In this document: positions 58,321-64,000 of the stretch, piece after piece | How positions within the stretch are numbered: the first letter of the stretch is position 1 | How the letters are laid out: the number at the start of each line of letters is the position of its first letter | Assembly (NCBI GenBank): GCA_965649985.1 | Contig: CBFGMS010000014.1 | Span: 5,457 to 69,456 of the forward strand | From: an uncultured Gammaproteobacteria bacterium | GTDB lineage: Bacteria > Pseudomonadota > Gammaproteobacteria > Xanthomonadales > Xanthomonadaceae | Length of the DNA stretch: 64,000 bases | Reading direction: 5' to 3' | Position numbers and translations under genes: made by a program | The notes under the pieces: model-generated | Told to the model about the DNA's origin: nothing | Database searches by the model: none | The model's input: the letters and a program-made list of their open reading frames with translations, nothing else

Positions 58321-58574
58321 GCGGCCACCGTGCGGCTGTTGACGTGCGCGGGGCGGGCCTGCGCGGGGCAGGCCCCGGCGGCGCGGGCATGCGGGGGAAG
58401 GATGCTCATGTCGGCTCCTGAGGGGCGTCCGTGGAGCGCGCAAGTGTAGCCGCTGCCCCCTGAGCGGACACCCGTCCTTTCGGGCAGTGGGCCCGGCCCG
58501 CCCGGGGTGGCCTCGGCGCGGCGCGACCGCGGCGGCTACACTCGACGCCCCGCTGTCGCGTGCCGCCGTCCGCC

Positions 58575-59588
58575 ATGCCCCGACTCGCCCCGCCCCGCCT
58601 CGCGCTGGTCACCGCCATCACCTCGCTGTCCCGCGACCACGACATGTCGTTGCTGCAGCAGGCCTGCGCGCGGGCCGGCATCGCGGCCGAGGTGCGGGCC
58701 TGGGACGACGGCAGCGTGTCGTGGGCGCGCTACGACGCGGCGCTGCTGCGCTCGTGCTGGGACTACACCACGCGGCTGCCCGGGTTCCTCGCCTGGTGCG
58801 ACCGGACGGCCGTTCGCACCCGGCTGTGGAACCCGCCGGAGATCGTGCGCTGGAACACCGACAAGCGCTATCTGGCCGACCTCGCCGCCGACGGCATCGC
58901 GGTGGTGCCCACCGCCTACGCCGATCCGGACGACGACCCGCTGGCCGCGGTCGAGGCGCTGTTGGCGGCGCATCCGGACGCGGCGGAATGCGTGGTCAAG
59001 CCCACCGTGGCCGCCGGTGCCGCGGGCGCGCGCCGCTACGCCCGGGCCCAGTCGCTGGCCGCCGCCGACCACCTGGGCCGCCTGCTCGGCGCCGGGCGCA
59101 GCGCGATGCTGCAGCCCTACCTGCCGGCGATCGACCGCGACGGCGAGACCGCCCTGCTGTATTTCGGCGGACGCTACAGCCACGCCATCCGCAAGGCCGC
59201 GCTGCTGAGGCCCGACAGCGATTCGCCCGACGCCGCCACGCGCGACAAGGCCATCAGCGCACGCACGCCGGGCGAGGACGAGCGCCGGTTCGGCGACGGT
59301 GTGCTGGACGCGCTGGCCCGGCGCTTCGGCTCCGCCCCGCTGTACGCGCGTGTGGACCTGCTGCGCGACGCCGACGGCCGCCCGCGGCTGCTGGAGCTGG
59401 AACTGACCGAGCCGACGTTGTTCCTGCCCTTCGCCGAGGGCGCCGCCGACCGCCTGGCCGTCGCGCTGCGCGGCGCGCTCGCGGAACCTGGCGCGTCGCC
59501 GTCCGACTCCCCTGGCGGCGCGACCGGCGCCGGATCGGGGCCGATCGGCGCCTCCGAACCGAGCAGAGACTCGAAAAAACGCCGGTAG
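58575..59588 (+). CDS. ATP-grasp domain protein (RimK/glutathione-synthetase-like), hypothetical function
   Basis: Frame of ORF 58560..59588 (GTG), ATG at 58575. The layout (KRYLADLAADGIAVVPT ... CVVKPTVAAGA ... RVDLLRDADGRPRLLELELTEP) fits the ATP-grasp fold. Low-complexity C-terminal tail. Confidence 0.6.
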   Translation: MPRLAPPRLALVTAITSLSRDHDMSLLQQACARAGIAAEVRAWDDGSVSWARYDAALLRSCWDYTTRLPGFLAWCDRTAVRTRLWNPPEIVRWNTDKRYLADLAADGIAVVPTAYADPDDDPLAAVEALLAAHPDAAECVVKPTVAAGAAGARRYARAQSLAAADHLGRLLGAGRSAMLQPYLPAIDRDGETALLYFGGRYSHAIRKAALLRPDSDSPDAATRDKAISARTPGEDERRFGDGVLDALARRFGSAPLYARVDLLRDADGRPRLLELELTEPTLFLPFAEGAADRLAVALRGALAEPGASPSDSPGGATGAGSGPIGASEPSRDSKKRR

Positions 59589-59704
59589 GGTAAAATTCCA
59601 CGGTTCCGTCGCGGCCGGGCATCGCCCACCGTCCGCATCCGACCGCCCCGCCGGTCCGTTGCGTCCGCATTCCCCTGCACTCCATCTCAAGGATTCCCCG
59701 CACG

Positions 59705-60451
59705 ATGAAGATCCTCGTCGGTTACAAGCGCGTGGTGGACTACAACGTCCGCATCCAGGTCAAGCCGGACGGCTCCGGCGTCGTCACCGACGGCGTCAAG
59801 CTCTCGCCCAACCCCTTCGACGACATCGCGCTGGAAGAAGCCCTGCGCCTGCGCGACAAGGGCATCGCCACCGAGGTCGTGGTGGCCACCATCGCCCCGG
59901 CCGATGCCCAGCCGCATCTGCGCAACGGCCTGGCGATGGGCGCGAACCGCGCCGTCCACGTGGTCAGCGACGCACCCGTCCAGCCGCTCACCGCCGCGCG
60001 CGCGCTGCTGAAGCTGATCGAGAAGGAGCAGCCCGACCTGGTGCTGCTGGGCAAGCAGGCGATCGACGACGACGCCAATCAGACCGGCCAGATGCTGGCC
60101 ACGCTGTGGGGCCGCCCGCAGGCGACCTTCGCCGGCAAGCTCGACATCGCGGATGGCAGGGCCACCGTGGTGCGCGAGGTCGACGCCGGCCTGGAAACCC
60201 TCGAAGTGGATCTGCCCGCGGTGGTCACCACCGACCTGCGCCTGAACGAGCCGCGCTTCATCAAGCTGCCGGACATCATGAAGGCCAAGAGCAAGCCGCT
60301 GGAGACCATCCCCTTCGCCGACCTCGGCGTGGAATCGGGCGAAGGCCTGAAGACCACCCACTACGCGCCGCCCGCGCAGCGCAGCAAGGGCGTGATGGTG
60401 AAGGACGCGGCCGAACTGGTCGCCGCCCTGAAGGCGAAAGGCCTGCTGTGA
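59705..60451 (+). CDS. etfB: Electron transfer flavoprotein beta subunit
   Basis: ORF 59705..60451. MKILVGYKRVVDYNVRIQV ... typical EtfB. Confidence 0.95.
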   Translation: MKILVGYKRVVDYNVRIQVKPDGSGVVTDGVKLSPNPFDDIALEEALRLRDKGIATEVVVATIAPADAQPHLRNGLAMGANRAVHVVSDAPVQPLTAARALLKLIEKEQPDLVLLGKQAIDDDANQTGQMLATLWGRPQATFAGKLDIADGRATVVREVDAGLETLEVDLPAVVTTDLRLNEPRFIKLPDIMKAKSKPLETIPFADLGVESGEGLKTTHYAPPAQRSKGVMVKDAAELVAALKAKGLL

Positions 60452-60490
60452 CGGCCTTGCGGTGATGCGCATGCAGTGATGCGTGCGCAG

Positions 60491-60622
60491 GGCGGGCCCA
60501 GGCCCGCCGTTCAGGCCTCTCCGGTGAGGTCGAAGCCGGTCGAGCCACGCTCGCTTGACGCCAATCGTTCCCACACCATTCGACGCAACCCGATATTCCG
60601 CAACGGCGGGCCAGGGCCCGCC
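60491..60622. repeat. Pair of near-identical GC hairpins flanking about 96 bp in the etfB-etfA spacer
   Basis: GGCGGGCCCAGGCCCGCC (60491-60508) and GGCGGGCCAGGGCCCGCC (60605-60622), each self-complementary (GGCGGGC/GCCCGCC). Confidence 0.7.
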
Positions 60623-60639
60623 CCACGAGGGAAACGCAC

Positions 60640-61581
60640 ATGTCCAAGGTTCTCATCGTCGCCGAACACCTCGACGGCAAGCTCAACGGCGCCACCGCGC
60701 GCTGCGTCGCCGCCGCCCAGGCGCTCAAGCCCGAATCCATCGATATCGTCGTGCTGGCCGCCGACCCGGCCGGCGTCGCCGCCGAGGCCGCGCAGATCGC
60801 AGGCGTCGCCAGGGTGCTCACCGTCGCCGACGCCGCCAATGCACACGCCATCGCCCAGGTGCTGGCGCCGCAGATCGCCCAGCTCGCCGCCGGCTACAGC
60901 CACGTCTTCGGCCCCAGCACGACCTTCGGCAAGGACCTGATGCCCTGCGTCGCCGCGCTGCTGGGCGTGTCGCAGGTGTCGGACGTGATGACGGTCGAAG
61001 GCAGCCACACCTTCAAGCGCCCGATCTACGCCGGCAACGCCATCATCACCGTCGAGGCGCCGGCCGGGCAGACCGTGGTCGCCACGGTGCGCACCGCGTC
61101 CTGGCCCGAAGCCGCGCGTGGCGGCAGCGCCGCGGTCGAGGCCGCGGCCGTGTCGGCCACCCTGCCCACACACACCCGCTACCTGGGCCTGGCCGCCGGC
61201 AAGTCCGACCGCCCCGACCTGCAGAGCGCCAGCAAGGTGGTCTCCGGCGGCCGCGGCGTGGGCTCGGCCGAGAACTTCAAGATCATCTACGACTTCGCCG
61301 ACCGTCTGGGCGCGGCCGTCGGCGCCTCGCGCGCCGCGGTCGACGCCGGCTACGTGCCCAACGAGCTGCAGGTCGGCCAGACCGGCAAGATCATCGCGCC
61401 GGAGCTCTACGTCGCGGTGGGCATCAGCGGCGCGATCCAGCACCTGACCGGGATCAAGGACGCCGGGACGATCGTCGCGATCAACAAGGACGGCGACGCG
61501 CCGATCTTCGAGATCGCCGACATCGGCCTGGTGGGCGACCTGTTCAAGGTGCTGCCGGAGCTGCAGGCGGCCCTGGGCTGA
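60640..61581 (+). CDS. etfA: Electron transfer flavoprotein alpha subunit
   Basis: ORF 60640..61581. FAD-binding C-terminal motifs [33 protein letters not shown]. Confidence 0.95.
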   Translation: MSKVLIVAEHLDGKLNGATARCVAAAQALKPESIDIVVLAADPAGVAAEAAQIAGVARVLTVADAANAHAIAQVLAPQIAQLAAGYSHVFGPSTTFGKDLMPCVAALLGVSQVSDVMTVEGSHTFKRPIYAGNAIITVEAPAGQTVVATVRTASWPEAARGGSAAVEAAAVSATLPTHTRYLGLAAGKSDRPDLQSASKVVSGGRGVGSAENFKIIYDFADRLGAAVGASRAAVDAGYVPNELQVGQTGKIIAPELYVAVGISGAIQHLTGIKDAGTIVAINKDGDAPIFEIADIGLVGDLFKVLPELQAALG

Positions 61582-61587
61582 TCCGCA

Positions 61588-61629
61588 GCGGCGGCCGGGC
61601 GCGGACTTCGGTCCGCGCCCGGCCGCCGC
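61588..61629 (+). terminator. Strong stem-loop downstream of etfA (probable terminator, no U-tract)
   Basis: GCGGCGGCCGGGCGCGGAC-TTCG-GTCCGCGCCCGGCCGCCGC, a perfect 19-bp stem with a TTCG tetraloop, 7 nt after the etfA stop. Confidence 0.6.
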
Positions 61630-61647
61630 CTCCCCGCCTTCCCGCGC

Positions 61648-64000
61648 ATGGCCCGCTCCCGCTCGCGCATCGTCCACGCCGCGCACGGGCTGTACCGCCG
61701 GCTGCCGGTGTCGTGGGAAGCGAAACTCGCGCTCAAGGGCGGCCTGTTCCGCGCCCTCGCGCCGCTGCTGCGCGGCAGCGACGCCTACGCCCGCTGGTAC
61801 TACGACGCAAGGATGCGGTCAGAGGACTATCTGGCCTTCGACGCACCGCCGCCGCGCGGCCGGCATGCGCCCGCCGCCGCATCCGGGCATTCGCCGGGCG
61901 ACGACGGCGCCATCGAATTCGTCGCGGCACCCGCGGCCACCGCGCCCGCTTCACTGCGCGCCCGCGCCATCGCCTTCTACCTGCCGCAGTTCCATCCCAT
62001 TCCCGAGAACGACGCCTGGTGGGGCGAAGGCTTCACGGAGTGGACCAATGTCGAACGCGCCAAGCCGCGCTTCGTCGGCCACGACCAGCCGCGCGTGCCC
62101 GGCGCGCTGGGCCGCTACGACCTGCGCGATGCGGAGGTGATGCGCCGACAGATCGCCCTGGCGCGTACGCACGGGCTGTCGGGCTTCTGCTTCTATCACT
62201 ACGACTTCGGCGGCAAGCGCCTGCTGGAGACGCCGGTGGAGAACTGGCTGGCGGATGCCACGCTCGATTTCCCCTTCTGCCTGTGCTGGGCCAACGAATC
62301 CTGGAGCCGGCGCTGGGACGGCCGCGAGCAGGACGTGCTGATCGCGCAGACCTACGGCCCCGAACACGATGCGCGCCTGATCGACGACCTGCTGCGCCCG
62401 CTGCGCGACCCGCGCTACCTGCGCGTCGACGGCCGGCCGCTGCTGCTGGTCTACCGGCCCGGGCAGCACCCGGACCCCGCGGCGCTGGTGCGCACCTGGC
62501 GCGAGCGTGCGCGTGCGGCCGGCCTCGGCGAGCTGTTCCTGGCGCTGGTGCAGAGCACCGCGGCGGAAGACCCCCGGCCCTGGGGCTTCGATGCCGCGGT
62601 CGAATTCCCGCCGATGGCGATGCAGTCCGCACTGCGCCCGATCAACGACCGGCTCACGCTCACCGAGCCCGATTTCGCCGGCATGGTGATGGACTACGGC
62701 GCGCTGGCCGATGCGGCGATGGCCCGGCCGCGTCCGGACTACCCGCTGATCCGCGGCGTGACCCCGGGCTGGGACAACGAAGCACGCCGGCCAGGCCGCG
62801 GCTACGCCTACGTGCCGGCCACGCCAGCGCGCTATCGCGCGTGGCTGCGCGCGGCGGCCGAAGACGCCGCGACAGCACCGGTCGCAGGCGAGCCGCTGGT
62901 GTTCATCAACGCCTGGAACGAGTGGGCGGAAGGCGCCTATCTCGAACCCGATGCGCGCCATGGTTACGCCTTCCTGCACGCCACGCGGCAGGCGCTGGCG
63001 CTGGACCCGCCGCGGCGGGTCGCAGTGGTGGTCCACGACGCCCAGCCCAACGGCGCGCAGCAGCTCGCGCTGCATCTGCTGCGCGAGTTCGGACGGCTGG
63101 GCGTCGGGACCGATCTGCTTCTGCTCGACGGCGGGCCGCTGGAGCCGGCGCTGAGCGAGGCCGCCGGCCGCACACATCGGCTTTGGACGCTGGAGGCCGA
63201 GGCCATCCGCGCCCTCGCCGCGCGTCTGCATGGCGAAGGCGTGCGCAGCGCAGTGGTCAACAGCGTGGCCGGCGGCCGCATCGCCGCGCCGCTCGCCGGG
63301 GCCGGGCTGCGTCTGACCGCGCTGGTGCACGAACTGCCGACGCTGATCCGCGACACCGGCCTGCTGCCGCCGCTGCGTGCACTCGCCGCTGCCGACGCGC
63401 AATGGGTCGTCCCGGCGGGCGCGGTGCGCGAGGGCCTGATCGCGCTGCTCGGCGAAGACGCCGCACGCGACATGCGCATTCGCCCGCAGGGCCTGTATCG
63501 CCGCAACCGTCACCGCGGGCGCGACGACCTCGCCCACGTGCAGGCACGCATGCGCACGGCTTGGGGGCTGCCGCAGGACGCACGCATCGTGCTGGCCGCC
63601 GGCTACGCCGACCGGCGCAAGGGTGTGGACCTGCTCGCGCGCGCGGCGGTGCGCGCCTGCGCGCACGATGCGCGGCTGCATGTGGTGTGGGCCGGCGCCT
63701 GCGAAGCGGAGATCTGTGCCGAAGCCCGCACGACGCTCCAGTCGGCCGGGCTGTCGGGGCGGTTCCACTTCATCGGGCCGCAGGACGACCTCGACGACGC
63801 CTACGCCGCCGCGGATGTCTATGCGCTGACTTCGCGCGAGGACCCCTTCCCGTCGGTGGCGCTGGAAGCATGGTCGTCGGGAGTTCCGGTGGTCGCCTTC
63901 GCCGGCACCGGCGGCATCGCCGACCTGATCGCCGCCCATGCGGCCGATCACCGCGACGCGCCGGGCGGCGGGCACACGGCGAGCAGGCGAACAGGTGCCG
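61648..64000 (+). CDS. Glycosyltransferase fusion: WbsX (GH99-like) domain plus C-terminal GT4 domain, 3' end outside window
   Basis: Hand translation from ATG 61648 is open to the window edge, so it is missing from the ORF track. MARSRSRIVHAAH...; WbsX signature AFYLPQFHPIPENDAWWGEGFTEWTNV ... CWANESWSRRWDG ... FINAWNEWAEGAYLEP; then a GT4-like region (VVVHDAQPNGAQQLALHL ... YALTSREDPFPSVALEAWSSGVPVV). Confidence 0.8.
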   Translation, partial: MARSRSRIVHAAHGLYRRLPVSWEAKLALKGGLFRALAPLLRGSDAYARWYYDARMRSEDYLAFDAPPPRGRHAPAAASGHSPGDDGAIEFVAAPAATAPASLRARAIAFYLPQFHPIPENDAWWGEGFTEWTNVERAKPRFVGHDQPRVPGALGRYDLRDAEVMRRQIALARTHGLSGFCFYHYDFGGKRLLETPVENWLADATLDFPFCLCWANESWSRRWDGREQDVLIAQTYGPEHDARLIDDLLRPLRDPRYLRVDGRPLLLVYRPGQHPDPAALVRTWRERARAAGLGELFLALVQSTAAEDPRPWGFDAAVEFPPMAMQSALRPINDRLTLTEPDFAGMVMDYGALADAAMARPRPDYPLIRGVTPGWDNEARRPGRGYAYVPATPARYRAWLRAAAEDAATAPVAGEPLVFINAWNEWAEGAYLEPDARHGYAFLHATRQALALDPPRRVAVVVHDAQPNGAQQLALHLLREFGRLGVGTDLLLLDGGPLEPALSEAAGRTHRLWTLEAEAIRALAARLHGEGVRSAVVNSVAGGRIAAPLAGAGLRLTALVHELPTLIRDTGLLPPLRALAAADAQWVVPAGAVREGLIALLGEDAARDMRIRPQGLYRRNRHRGRDDLAHVQARMRTAWGLPQDARIVLAAGYADRRKGVDLLARAAVRACAHDARLHVVWAGACEAEICAEARTTLQSAGLSGRFHFIGPQDDLDDAYAAADVYALTSREDPFPSVALEAWSSGVPVVAFAGTGGIADLIAAHAADHRDAPGGGHTASRRTGA

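Noticed and set aside
61951-63975. A 674-aa minus-strand ORF, the only long ORF the track offers for this region
   Set aside because: The + strand frame from ATG 61648 is open to the window end and carries WbsX and GT4 signatures. The minus ORF is its antisense shadow. The real gene is missing from the track only because it has no stop codon in the window.

Overview
This is 64 kb of a very GC-rich chromosome, roughly 70% G+C by eye with third codon positions almost saturated with G/C. Gene content and order point to a gammaproteobacterium of the Xanthomonadales/Lysobacterales type. The pointers are an H-NS/XrvA-like protein, class-I aldolase near pyk, valS-holC-pepA divergent from lptF-lptG, an EIIA(Man)-HPr-EI phosphorelay with no permease, scoAB and etfBA.

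I can support about 60 tightly packed protein genes, most of them housekeeping. They include glnS, proS and valS; pssA, a holD-like gene and rimI; mscL; an RND efflux pair; fba and pyk; holC and pepA; lptFG and rlmM; the PTS relay; mgtE; a GH13 amylase; an Rrf2-YezD-porin-sbp-cysTWA sulfate cluster; and pyrB, ruvX, yqgE, scoAB and etfBA. A WbsX-GT4 glycosyltransferase gene runs off the 3' edge.

I found no rRNA, tRNA, CRISPR array, integrase, transposase or recognisable defence or toxin gene. Many very long ORFs in the track (up to 1752 aa) are antisense shadow ORFs of real genes, as is typical of high-GC DNA.

I do not see a convincing new multi-gene system. The items most worth a second look are:
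- a solitary RebB (R-body, 'killing trait') homologue with a long C-terminal extension;
- a small orphan-gene islet between fba and pyk, with a 12.5% Trp mini-membrane protein, a possible His-rich pentad-repeat ORF and an orphan secreted protein;
- a methyltransferase plus a 521-aa orphan secreted protein between ptsI and mgtE, preceded by an 11-bp tandem array;
- an OprO/P-type anion porin, YezD and an Rrf2 regulator embedded in the sulfate uptake operon;
- a divergent HolD(psi)-like gene;
- a DEDDh exonuclease inserted between yqgE and ruvX;
- two copies of an 81-83 bp palindromic REP/MITE-like element, and four short intergenic tandem-repeat arrays.

All family assignments rest on motifs read from the translations and on memory of the families. 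None has been checked by a database search.
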